A stretch of DNA of 63,616 bases, filler included, from Globobulimina sp. (taxonomy: Eukaryota), in NCBI GenBank assembly GCA_003354225.1. It is 18 parts of 18 records of this genome, joined end to end, with 100 filler letters (N's around TTAATTAATTAA, not from the genome) between each part and the next. Parts side by side here need not be neighbours in the genome. Positions count along the whole stretch, not along the records: positions 24,791 to 28,230 come from PIVH01002791.1; positions 28,331 to 31,770 come from PIVH01002792.1; positions 31,871 to 35,310 come from PIVH01002793.1; positions 35,411 to 38,849 come from PIVH01002794.1; 14 more parts are not named here. The stretch is one strand, 5' to 3'. How positions within the stretch are numbered: position 1 is the stretch's first letter; every line of letters begins with the position of its first letter. Below the pieces are notes generated by a model, which worked only from the letters and a program-made list of their open reading frames with translations, was not told the DNA's origin and made no database searches. Positions 26,200 to 37,410 of the stretch are shown here, piece after piece. The translations under genes and the position numbers were made by a program.

Positions 26200-27874
26200 A
26201 TGAAGCGAACATGGACAATACAACAAACAAATGAGACCATGGAAAGCAATGCAATAAAAAAAGAAAACATGAATCCTAAAAAAAGAAAATTATATGAATG
26301 TGGTGACTGTAATAACAATAAACCACTTCGAAAAAAGAGAAAATTCAACGCAAACAGCAGCATAACCAACGAACGCATAAATGCATTGATTGAATCAAAT
26401 AAATTATTAAAAGAAGAAATTAGCCAATTAAGAAAAGAAAGGGATCATTGTAAAGAAGGACGTAAAATTTATAGAAATGAACTTAAAAAATTGAAAGCAA
26501 AATACGATAAATTATAGTTACTTAAATTCACTTTTTATAAAAGTTGAATATTTTTATATATATACTAATTCTCAATTTTATATAGTTTACAACTTAAGCT
26601 TCAAAACGATACAAATTCAGATTACAATAATGAACCATCATTATCTCCAACACCACCGCCATCAAAATATTTCCATAAACCACAAAAGAACACAATTCAT
26701 GTTAAGTTATAATTAAATTATTCATAATTGTATTGATTACTACTTTAAACTAAAAACATTAAAGGATAACAATAATAATATGAATTATGAAGCAGTTCGA
26801 AATCGTTTATTGAAAATGGGATTTGATAAAAATAAAATTCTAAATAGAATATCATTGTACAATGGTTCGGGCGAAACACCACATTTTGTATTTGTTCAAT
26901 TATTGAATAGTTTCACTGATAATATTAACATGAAAACAAATGTAAACAAACTTGATAATTTAGAACAACATTCGGATAACTTTGGATGTAACAGTAATAA
27001 CAATGTGAACGAAGGAGCTGCCACCCTCAAATCTGTAGCGTTTGAAGACAGTTATTTTGTATCCGTAACCTGTTATATTTGCAAGCAAGATTTTGATGAT
27101 ATGACTAAATATAGCCATCATTTGGAACAACATTATAAAAATGATCTGACAAAAACGTGGTTAAAATGTAATTTTGGATGTAACAGGAAAGCATTTCAAA
27201 GTCGACGTTCATTTATTGAGCATATCGCAGCTCACACAAAGGACAAAGCATATAAATGCAAAATGGATGAATGTGGAGTGAGTTATCGGTACAAATCCAA
27301 TATAAAACGACATTGGAAATCTCATTTTAAAGCAAAACAAAAGGAGAACAAATGCAAGAAAAATAATTTGCTAAATCAAAGTGAAGCAAATATAAATAAA
27401 GATTCATCGGAGAGTAAGAGTGGAAATTCACATTCGAAATCGGAATATGATGAATTTGAAAACAGTTATTTTATATCGGTGGATTGTCATGTTTGTAATG
27501 CGCATTTTGCGGATTTTGGTGAGTATAGACATCATATTCGCAAACATTATATTAATGATCCAAATAAAAAATGGATGCACTGTGATTTTGGCTGCAAGGA
27601 TAGGAACAACAATGCGCACAAATATAACAATTTCATCTGTCATATTGCGTCACATACAAAGGTTTATCCATTTAATTGTAATGTATGTCCAGCCACTTCC
27701 GGGACAAAGAGCAATCTTAAAAGACATTGGAATGCACGGCATAATACAAAAAGGAAAATGTATGAATATATGTATAGCTCTGCAGAGGCTGATGATGAAA
27801 GTACCAGTTCGTCACAATCAGAATCAGAATCTGATGATAGTTATTTAAGGAAAAAATACAAGAAACATCCATGA
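26200..27874 (+). CDS. C2H2 zinc-finger protein with coiled-coil N-terminus; exons 26200-26516, 26586-26700, 26765-27874
   Basis: Duplicated three-finger blocks, each preceded by FE(D/N)SYF(V/I)SV (CYICK..H..H, CNFGC..HIAAH, CKMDEC..KRHWKSH and the second copy); introns keep the frame. Confidence 0.85.
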
Positions 27875-27910
27875 AATATTGGTTCTTATCTTTGCGGAAT
27901 TTTCACATGT

Positions 27911-27999
27911 TATAGATAACTCGAATTCAGATTGGGTATTCAGCGAAATGCCACATGTTTGTGTTAGTTTGGAATCTGAATTCGAGTGAATTATCTATA
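27911..27999. repeat. Short inverted repeat (hairpin) just downstream of the zinc-finger stop codon
   Basis: tatagataactcgaattcagatt ... aatctgaattcgagtgaattatctata (15-bp perfect core actcgaattcagatt). Confidence 0.7.
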
Positions 28000-28338
28000 A
28001 AATCTGAATATTATATTCAGCAAAAAAACTATTATTGTTTGTAGGTTCAATTTATTAGTATTATATTTCACAGTGGATTTGTAAAAATGAATTTGAAATA
28101 GTTTCACTGTTTGAGTGAAGTGACCTTTCTGGATTCGATTTGTATTTAAGCTGTGTAAATTAATCCTGTGGCAAGCGAAAGTCCATGGCAGAAAAAAACA
28201 TATACAGACCAACAAAATTGTACCATATATNNNNNNNNNNNNNNNNNNNNNNNNNNNNNNNNNNNNNNNNNNNNTTAATTAATTAANNNNNNNNNNNNNN
28301 NNNNNNNNNNNNNNNNNNNNNNNNNNNNNNGAAATAAA

Positions 28339-29874
28339 TTATTTTTGAATGTTATTAGTTGATTGCATCCATTTCCAAAATCTAATCCTCGGAGCCATGA
28401 TAGTTATTAAATGCATCAAATCAGTCTTATCCAAATCTTGTAACATTGTATCTGTCATTTTATTCTTTTTAAATTTTGCATAGCATTCCTTCCAATCACA
28501 ATCATCACCACAACACTCTTTCAATACATTCCGAATATTTGCATATTCGCCATCGATTATATTTGCATATTCATTATCCGAATTATTATAATTATTTGCA
28601 TAACGATTATCAAATATTGATCCAGCATCACCATCACGTAATTGATAATTTACAAAATTGTTTAATTTTCTTTTTTTTGGTGAAGGTTCATTTGTGTCTT
28701 CACCGTGTTCATCACTATCAAATATCAAATCATTTATATTGCGTTTTTTATATAATTTTTTATTATTTGATACATCAAAATCATCGCTGGAGTTATCACA
28801 ATGCTCATCATCACACTCATTACTACTTTCATACTCCGACTCCGATGATGAAATATCCATTGATTCTGCTTCAATGTCAGCAAAATATTTCGATATTTGT
28901 TGAAAATATATAGGATTTGCATCAGCAATTTCAGAGATATGTTTTGTGACATTTTCATTGTTAAATGTCCGCGATTCAATAATTCTGTCATTTTGTTGTT
29001 TATTTAAAAAAATGAATTGGCTATGCGATATATGCCAATTTGTAGATAAATTATCACCAAATAATATTTTTAATAATGGAAAACAATGTTTACTAATGAC
29101 ACGATGCGGATATTTGTCTTTGTAATAATAATATAATAATATTAATATAAAACAGAATTTATTACGTTTTGCTTTTGTTATTTCAGCCAAAGTCTAATTA
29201 TTATTATATATCAATACTTTTATTGTATGTGATACTAAAAACAATACAATAACTTAACTCCGGTTAAGAATAAATTTAAATTTGTTTGTTGTGTTTTAAT
29301 TAATTGTTTTTTACGTTTCTCTTCTTTACTAATTGCTGGTACTTGTTTTCGTTTGTTCAGTTGTTGTCGGATTATTCCATTCGGTTTATCCTAAAGTCGG
29401 TGTATATATATTTAATGAAAATGGAGAAATATGGAAAATAACTTTTGCTTTTTTCTTTTTTTTCTTTTTTTTTATTTTATTTTTTATTTTTTTATTTTTA
29501 TTTTTATTTTTTTTATTTGCTTTTTTGATTTTTTCTAATGCAAATTCATTATCATTCACTTTTTTTTCTACAATTTTTTCAGCCAATTTTTTGTAAGTTG
29601 TCGGTGATGACCAATATTTGGATATTAATTCTGCGTAAACTTGACCGATACCAGTGACATCCAAACATATTTCACAACAATTTTCTTGTGTTATAACGTT
29701 CGCATATTGTCGCATTGCCCATTTTAATCTTCGAAATATTGGCACATTTTTGTTCCATAAACGGTGTTTGTTAATTACTGTAAATTCATAAATGTAATCA
29801 GTAAATTGCACAAAGTCTGCATTTGCGTTATTTCTAATAATTGGTTCATCCTCTTCAGACGTGAAACCTTGCAT
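28339..29874 (-). CDS. Putative HhH (Mus81/PolX N-terminal-like) + Lys-rich + SAM-domain protein; exons 29874-29443, 29390-29259, 29193-28339
   Basis: LKWAMRQYANVIT..CLDVTGIGQVYAELI resembles the HHH_8 GIG motif; C-terminal YAKFKKNKMTDTMLQDLDKTDLMHLITIMAPRIRF is SAM-like; two phase-0 introns. Confidence 0.55.
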
Positions 29875-30090
29875 GTTTTCAAATGGAAATTACTGTGATT
29901 AGTTTACTTCAAGCCACTGCAAAACCTGTTTACAAAATACATCTTTTTTTAATTCAATTTGCTTTCATGCTTAGTGTGAATGATGATAGCTACGTTGCAC
30001 CCAAAGTTCTACATTTATATCTTTGTCTATCTATGGTACTGTGTGGCACAGCTATGTATTTAATATTTTGTGGATTGGCTCAGCCATCAC

Positions 30091-30243
30091 ATTAAAGCGG
30101 CGAATATAACTAGTTGATTATGCAAATCGTCAGCGAGATTATGCAAATCGTCAGCGAGATTATGAAAATCATCAGTGACAATTAATGCGGCGAATATAAA
30201 ACCTTTAAGTAACATCTTTAAACATGTTAGTAAGTAACATCTT
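30091..30243. repeat. Nested direct repeats: 3 x 21-bp tandem (30116-30178) inside 19-bp direct repeats (30091-30109, 30181-30199), plus a 13-bp direct repeat (30206-30218, 30231-30243)
   Basis: gattatgcaaatcgtcagcga x2 + gattatgaaaatcatcagtga; attaa(a/t)gcggcgaatataa x2; taagtaacatctt x2. Confidence 0.9.
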
Positions 30244-30420
30244 CGTTGCAAACTAAAGAGAAAAATATTTTATTAAAATGGCAAAAAGATGAGAGGTGGC
30301 ACACGTCCTTCCTGGCTAAGGAATTTCACCCAGCATGTTGTTAAACTCTCACCGCCATATATTGAATTGAATTAATATCATAATGGATAAAAATAAAATG
30401 AAAAATCAATTGTTTTATTT

Positions 30421-31770
30421 TTATTGAAGACATAAAAACATTTTCACCTCTGCTTCAGATTTTAATTGTTGACCTTTTTTAATCCATTGTAAAACAATAT
30501 TTTGATACACTTGATTATAACTCCAATGTTTATGTTGCTGCATACTATTTATATGTTTTCTCATTGTGCGATTACTACACCGCTCAAATAATAACACATT
30601 TTTTTCTTGAGCAAAGTTCAACATGCTATTTTTTAACACATCTCTTGTAATTGATATATCATTTATAAATGATTTTAATTTTGATATTAATGGAGTTATT
30701 AATTGAGCAATTTGTTTTTCTTTCTCAGCTAATTCATAAAATCCTCTTCTTTTTTTATATCCTGCTGCAATTACTAAACTTTTATTGACATCCTGTGCTA
30801 ATTTTAATTTTGATGCTGTAAATAAAATAATCATTCTTTGTTCCATATATTTTTTCACAGTGTCAGTATAATCACTCAAACTGTTTGTTGCATTTTTACG
30901 TCCTACGATTACTCTACGATATCCATTTGCTTTTTCAGCTCTACCGTTATTAATTGTTGCTTTCCCAAATCTTCCATATATTTTTTTGGAATATGATCCA
31001 ACAAATTTCCAAAAAATGTTGAACGGATAAGTGAAAACATTTTTTGTTTCAAGTATAAATTTGATTTTATCTTTTTGTGGTGATATATCATGATCAATTG
31101 AGGTTTGACTTAACCCAAATCCAACAACAACGGATGTTGCATCAGCTTCTAATGCAATATAAATATTTCTTGATGTTTTAACAGGATATATTACTCTCGC
31201 TGCAATGTTTGTCACATCATATTGTTCAATTTCATCTAAATATTCTTGACGTTGTTCATATGAAATATAAAAATCTTTTTCATTTTCTGTTTTATTTTTA
31301 TATTTTTTTTTTTTATGTTTTTTTTTATATTTTGCCGTAGCTTTCCGATGTTCTTCATTTATATCATATTTAACATTTTTAAATGGATCAATTATTGGTA
31401 TACAATCATTTTGCATTGGAATATAATCATTATTTTCAATGAAATGCATAAATGATATTACTTCTAACCAATGTCCATGATCAGCAGTTTGTCGTAATGT
31501 ATCCCATGCGTTTTTAACTAACTGTTTACAGTTTGGAGCATCACTATAATATTCAGCGAGATCATGACTGGTATGGCCTTGACATTTTGCGACTAAAGTA
31601 CGCGGTAATGTATTAATCAATCCTTTTATAAATGATAAACAATGTTCATAATATTGATGTACTGTCATCTTATTTCTCACTTGAATTATATATTTAATAA
31701 ATCCAACATAATTATCAGTCACAAAAACAATTACATTGGATGATGAAATTGATGGTACCATACCTTCTCT
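30421..31770 (-). mobile_element. Candidate Mutator/IS256-like DDE transposase, 5'-partial
   Basis: VIVFVTDNYVGFIKYI (second Asp), KCQGH (CxxH), a long insertion, then TINNGRAEKANG (resembles the TNNxxExxN catalytic Glu motif). Confidence 0.5.
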
Positions 31771-32483
31771 NNNNNNNNNNNNNNNNNNNNNNNNNNNNNN
31801 NNNNNNNNNNNNNNTTAATTAATTAANNNNNNNNNNNNNNNNNNNNNNNNNNNNNNNNNNNNNNNNNNNNACGTGAACAAAAAAGGAGGGAAAATAAAAA
31901 AAAGGAAGGTGTTTTATCTCCGTAATTAACATTTTTTTTTAACCTAAAAAACATTTTTTGTACCTTTTATAATACTTATTCCATTATGTTGTTGTTCGAA
32001 TTTATTATTTTGCATAATTTGTAGCTCACTGCTTTTTTTTTTCGTTTTTGTTTGTCTTTTAGCTTCATTTTTGAATTATTTCTATTATTCTATATAGTGA
32101 GTGTTATGTTTTCTGGTCATCTGTTTGTTGTAAATATAAATTCGACAACAAGGTGTTGATTTTGTTCAGCTTTTTTCAATTATTAAATCTTATATTTTTT
32201 TGTATTGATAATGTTGTGCAAGGATATAATGCGAAGATAACAAATAGAATCGGTTGTGTTTCTCACTGTTTTTTGGTGACTAGTTCACTAAAAAAAACTC
32301 TTGGCATCGATGATGTCAACGTTAAAATGTAGATATAAATAGTATAATTATAATCGTAAAACACAGCACAGTCAATCAGAAGAAAAAAAAAACAGCGGAA
32401 AAATAGATATTTTGATAAAGCAGGATATCTCCACAGAGAACCCAACGGGAAAAATGAAAGCAATTTGCAAAATTCGATATGTC

Positions 32484-33757
32484 TCATAACCATTCATCTG
32501 TGTCAATCAGTGGTTCTTCCTCTTTATTTGATTTCTTTTTACAATTTTCATAACATATTTGACATCCAGCAAATGTCCACAAAGGTACAGTTTTCCAAAA
32601 TCCAAGTTGAGGGAAATTCGCTTTAACATCATAACATTGTCGACGATCTCTATTCGTCCAGGCATTAAACATATATCCACCACAAAAATACGCAAATGAT
32701 AATATAAACACAATCAGTAAAAAAGCAGAACCGCCACTCATTGCCGCGCCAGCTCCGATATCTCTGCGTAAATAATAACATATTAATTTAAATTATATCG
32801 TATTATATATTTGTTACTTAACGGAAGGTCAATATATTGATATGAATCTACAAAATCAGCACCACGGTAACCACCAAATGCATATATTCTTTGCCCTACG
32901 ATAACGACGCCAGCTAATGACACACTGTACGCTAATGAGCCACGTATAGAAATTCTATTTGCAGAGGTGTCAATTACAGGAATCGTTACGGGATATATAT
33001 CATCGTCAGATCTGCCACCAACTATTATAATATCATTGCCATAATTCACTGCGGCTAATCCTCTCAATGTAGTGGATAAATGACCATTTACATATTGCCA
33101 TTGTTGCGAATCAATATGAGTTATATCCGCAATATTTATCCATTCGATACTGTCTGATTCTATGCCAGCAACGACATATAACCGATTATTATTAATTATG
33201 CAGCCAGAAACAGCGCGTGATTCCTGCATTAATGGGACATTGCTAATCCATGTTTCCTGCGAGAAATCATAAACTTGCACAGTTTGCTGCTTTTGATTGT
33301 TATTCAAGCCACCCACAACAAATAAATAATTATCATGTGATGCTAAACAAGCATGCTGGGACACTGTTGTTGGAAATACTGTTGGTGGTATCTGGGTGTT
33401 ACGGGTTTTGGTATCCATTTTAATGAAAGCGGAACCCGCAGCGTTTATCATCCATAACATATTGTTAATGTTTGTGTGCTGCGTATAATGTGAGCATCCC
33501 GTTGTGCTGTCATACATATAATTGAGACCTAAATTGTTAAATTTGTTCTCTTTGATATTAAATGTCACTGCTTGTTTGTTATGGTTACCACCTAATCTTA
33601 GGGCACTATTTGTGCTTTTGTCATATCCAACTGCTTGAGAGTTGGACGGTTGTGGTAGTACTGCTGGATACGAACCTGTGACGGCAACAGCTTTGAATGC
33701 GTTTGATAATGATGATAAACTCAATAATACGCATATAGTTATATGTAACGATGACAT
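32484..33757 (-). CDS. Type I membrane Kelch beta-propeller protein with ATG27/M6PR-like TM and tail; predicted intron 32822-32764
   Basis: Signal peptide; Kelch repeats (YLFVVGG, RLYVVAG, IIIVGG, IYAFGG); tail AYFCGGYMFN..FPQLGFWKTVPLWTFAGC. Confidence 0.75.
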
Positions 33758-33852
33758 AATGTATTCCGAACCTGGATAATGACTATTTTGAAGTTGTGAT
33801 TGCCAGTAACAAGTTTTCTAGAAAAAAAGATCTATTTAATCTGTTTTTTTAT

Positions 33853-35310
33853 CTAACACCAATAACTTTTATTTTGAAATCTAAATCGCTTTGCATTATC
33901 ACACCACGGACTGTACATTGAGTGAAATGGTGGATAATATTGTTTATTATTTAACATTAATTCATACGCTATTCGAGAAATAGCAGATGTAAAATCACCA
34001 ATGAAAAAATCGCATTTTGCCATTATCCAAATATCTTTTAATAATTCCTCAACGATAGAAACGCGTAACACATTCGGATTATTATCAAAATATCCGTATT
34101 TTGAGTCAAATTGTTCCCGGTTTAGTTCTTTTTGATATCGAAATTGAAAATGCGCAAACTTATTCTGCACATTCCTTGTTTCTTTAATTACATTTTCATC
34201 ATCAGTTGAAATATAAATATAATACACTTCACCAACATAATTGTGATATTTGCTGTACATTTTATGTGCAATATTCAGATACTCCGTCAATGTGAAACAT
34301 TTCCGTAACAATTCATTCTCGATTCTGTCGCATGAGTCTCCTCTCCGAATATGCATTGCAATCCATTTTGCATGATCACCAATCATCATTTTATTTGCAT
34401 ATACATCCAATATATGTCTCTTTGGACTGTCCTTCAGCAAAAACCAGACAATTTGTGATGAGTAATATAACGGACCATAGACAGTTTCATAGTAAGTTAA
34501 GTCCAAAGAGCGTGCAATGCAATTATGTGCATCCAATGTATGTTCGCCAGGTTCGTCATACATATTTGTCATATAATCCTTATCAATGTTATATTTATCA
34601 AAATCATTTGGGTATAAAAGACATTCCCCTCTAACCACACGATATGAATTACTTACACTGCCACCAAAACATTCACATTTACCGTTTGATATGTTATATT
34701 TTCCGTTTTTCCCGCATATTGATTCATATTCCAATAATTGATCATGATTATAATTATTGATACTTTTAAAATTGCGTTTGTTTAAATTCCCATTGTCGAA
34801 CGGTGAGAAAAAACATGACCAGCCAGTACCGCAACTATTATCTGAATATTTCCATTGTAAATTGGCGTATATAACACTGATGTTATGAGCATAATGTCTA
34901 CCAATCATTTTTGTCACATGTTTTATGATGGAGCCAATGCCCCATTGCGGCAATTTGATTAAATGCGATGCTGCGTTAGAGTTAAATTGAATATTATGGA
35001 ATGCTGTTTGTATGTTTCTTGAAATTGACGCATCAAAATAGCGACGTAGCAGATGCTTATCGGGAAAATATGATGTTAAAATTGTGTATGATTCATTACA
35101 AAGGAGTTTAATCTTTTTATTGTCAATGTGTATATGTGTTGGAATAAATGATGGTTCGCAATCCCGATGAAATGCGTTTGTCAATGTAGACAAATCAAAT
35201 GTTGATAGAGGTGCTTCTATTATTTTGGAATTAAATGATGAAACGTGCGTATAAAATATACTAAATTGGATGCACAATGAAATAAATATTAGTAATAAAA
35301 CAATAAATAT
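33853..35310 (-). CDS. Alpha-1,6-fucosyltransferase-like (GT23, FUT8/NodZ family), 5'-partial
   Basis: IAMHIRRGD, IYISTDD, DIWIMAKCDFFIGDFTSAISRIAYEL; WGIGS and WSCFFSPF upstream. Confidence 0.85.
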   Translation of the reverse strand: MFIVLLLIFISLCIQFSIFYTHVSSFNSKIIEAPLSTFDLSTLTNAFHRDCEPSFIPTHIHIDNKKIKLLCNESYTILTSYFPDKHLLRRYFDASISRNIQTAFHNIQFNSNAASHLIKLPQWGIGSIIKHVTKMIGRHYAHNISVIYANLQWKYSDNSCGTGWSCFFSPFDNGNLNKRNFKSINNYNHDQLLEYESICGKNGKYNISNGKCECFGGSVSNSYRVVRGECLLYPNDFDKYNIDKDYMTNMYDEPGEHTLDAHNCIARSLDLTYYETVYGPLYYSSQIVWFLLKDSPKRHILDVYANKMMIGDHAKWIAMHIRRGDSCDRIENELLRKCFTLTEYLNIAHKMYSKYHNYVGEVYYIYISTDDENVIKETRNVQNKFAHFQFRYQKELNREQFDSKYGYFDNNPNVLRVSIVEELLKDIWIMAKCDFFIGDFTSAISRIAYELMLNNKQYYPPFHSMYSPWCDNAKRFRFQNKSYWC

Positions 35311-35410
35311 NNNNNNNNNNNNNNNNNNNNNNNNNNNNNNNNNNNNNNNNNNNNTTAATTAATTAANNNNNNNNNNNNNNNNNNNNNNNNNNNNNNNNNN
35401 NNNNNNNNNN

Positions 35411-35776
35411 AATCAAAGATATCAAATGGCACAAAAATAAATTAAATTCTTTTTTATTATTACCAGACGATATAAATTGAGTTAAACCGATAATTTTGGC
35501 ACATTCCACATCAATAAATACAATATCATTAACATCATTTGCTTTACTCACGATATTATCTAAAATATTAATGATTAGTTGTATAATGGCAGCAAAATCA
35601 ATGAATTCGTCATGTATTTGAGAATGTACTTCATGAGATGTTAAATATTCATTTACATCGTTATCATTCGTCAGTTCGATTTGCTTTGTCAACGGACGAA
35701 TACCGACATGATTACACGTTAGAGATTGATACCAACGACACAAACGTGCAGTGGTAGCGGTATAAAGTGTTAGCAT
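35411..35776 (-). CDS. Hypothetical protein, 3'-partial
   Basis: Open frame from an ATG to the contig edge; N-terminus resembles an Arg-containing presequence. Confidence 0.35.
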
Positions 35777-35867
35777 TAACGTTATTTAGTATTCTTGACC
35801 CAGTCACACAGCCCAGGTGTCAGGTAATACAATTTATACATAGAAAAAACGTTGTTTGAGCTCGACA

Positions 35868-37355
35868 ATGTCAACCCCATTTTTCGGTAGGTCGCAATAT
35901 GGAGAAAGACTGGATTTTTCCACTCGAAGATGCCAAGATCCATTTTGTGCCGTTGTATACATCACTCACGTAATTGGCTTAATTTATTCCATATTTCATA
36001 TTTACATCATTGATTACAATGAGATAGATTCATCCCAATGGTCCACAGACGATGATGATCCAAATAGCATGGATTGGACCGGGTGTTTCATTGTAATACC
36101 AGTTTGCATCCTATCTGGTTTAATATGTGGCACAATCTGGCTACTTTGCATTCGAAAATTGAGCAAATACGTGATTCAAAGCATGATGATATTAAATATT
36201 CTTGTCTGGATTGCATGTTTTATAATTGGTTTATCAACGTTTAATTTAGCATTACTAATATCTGGTATTATCATTGCTGTATTCTATTGCATATACTATG
36301 CATGTTTTGCATTGTTTCACGTGTCGTTCAGCAAACAAATATTATCACTCGCCAGCTATATTATTGATGATTATTTTAGTAAAAGAGACAGAACAATTTC
36401 ATTAATTATTTGCATGACAATGTTGTTGGATATCGGATGGTTTTTTATTTGGGGTTCTTCGTTTTATGGATATATTATTATTTCGACCGAATCAGATGAT
36501 CAAAATCCATTGGGATGGATTATTTTTTTATATATTTTATCATTGTTTTGGGGGTTAGCTGTAAATTCAAACATAAATCATAGCATATTGTGCAGTGTTA
36601 TTGCTTCCTGGTATTATTCACTTAAAAACGAACATTATAATATCTCAAGTAAAGCAATATGCAATGCATTAACAAAACAGTTTGGGTCAATATGTTTGGG
36701 TTCATGTCTTGTGCCATTTGTGTGTGTAATAAAAACGTTTTTTGAAACATTTATAAATGATGACGAACAGTCTGTGGTTGGTTGTCTTTGTTTGTGTTGT
36801 TCCAACTGTTTGCTTTATTTATTTACTTATTTCAATACGTATTCGTTTGAATTTATGTCAATTTATGGTGATAAGTTCATTAAATCTTCGCAAACCATTC
36901 ATAAATTAATGCAAGAAAGAGGTTTAAATAAGATATTGATTGATGATATTACGGGTATTGCAATATTTTGTGCATGTTTAGCTTCTGGCGGTATTACGTC
37001 CTGTGTTGCCTATGGAATTGGATTTATTTATTATGGAGAGGATAGCGATAAAAATATCAGGGATTATGTCACAAATGATTTAGCAATATTTGGTGGAGTT
37101 ATTGGATTAATATTATGTTTTTCCATTTTAAGGAGCGTCCGCTCTGCAATTATTTGTATGTGGATATGTTTTGCCGATAATCCTTTATTTCTACGAAGAA
37201 ACAGACCAATGCTTTTTAATAAATTAATTCAGTCACATGACAAAATGGCAACAGTAAACATGCAAATTATAAGTGATAACGATGACGAAGATAATACGGA
37301 CGTGGATACTGATACTGATTTTCAAACAGAAACTGCGCAAACTGCAAACATTTGA
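35868..37355 (+). CDS. Choline transporter-like (CTL/SLC44/Pns1) membrane protein
   Basis: RRCQDPFCA start, about 10 TM segments, VIASWYY, ALTKQFGSICLGS, YFNTYSF..IYGDKF, ICFADNP. Confidence 0.85.
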   Translation: MSTPFFGRSQYGERLDFSTRRCQDPFCAVVYITHVIGLIYSIFHIYIIDYNEIDSSQWSTDDDDPNSMDWTGCFIVIPVCILSGLICGTIWLLCIRKLSKYVIQSMMILNILVWIACFIIGLSTFNLALLISGIIIAVFYCIYYACFALFHVSFSKQILSLASYIIDDYFSKRDRTISLIICMTMLLDIGWFFIWGSSFYGYIIISTESDDQNPLGWIIFLYILSLFWGLAVNSNINHSILCSVIASWYYSLKNEHYNISSKAICNALTKQFGSICLGSCLVPFVCVIKTFFETFINDDEQSVVGCLCLCCSNCLLYLFTYFNTYSFEFMSIYGDKFIKSSQTIHKLMQERGLNKILIDDITGIAIFCACLASGGITSCVAYGIGFIYYGEDSDKNIRDYVTNDLAIFGGVIGLILCFSILRSVRSAIICMWICFADNPLFLRRNRPMLFNKLIQSHDKMATVNMQIISDNDDEDNTDVDTDTDFQTETAQTANI

Positions 37356-37410
37356 ACGACCTTTGTATAATATAAAATAGTTTTTTGCTTGAAAATCACC
37401 AACTTTTAGC

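Noticed and set aside
30116-30178. CRISPR-like array
   Set aside because: The repeats are directly adjacent with no spacers, there are no cas genes, and the context is eukaryotic.
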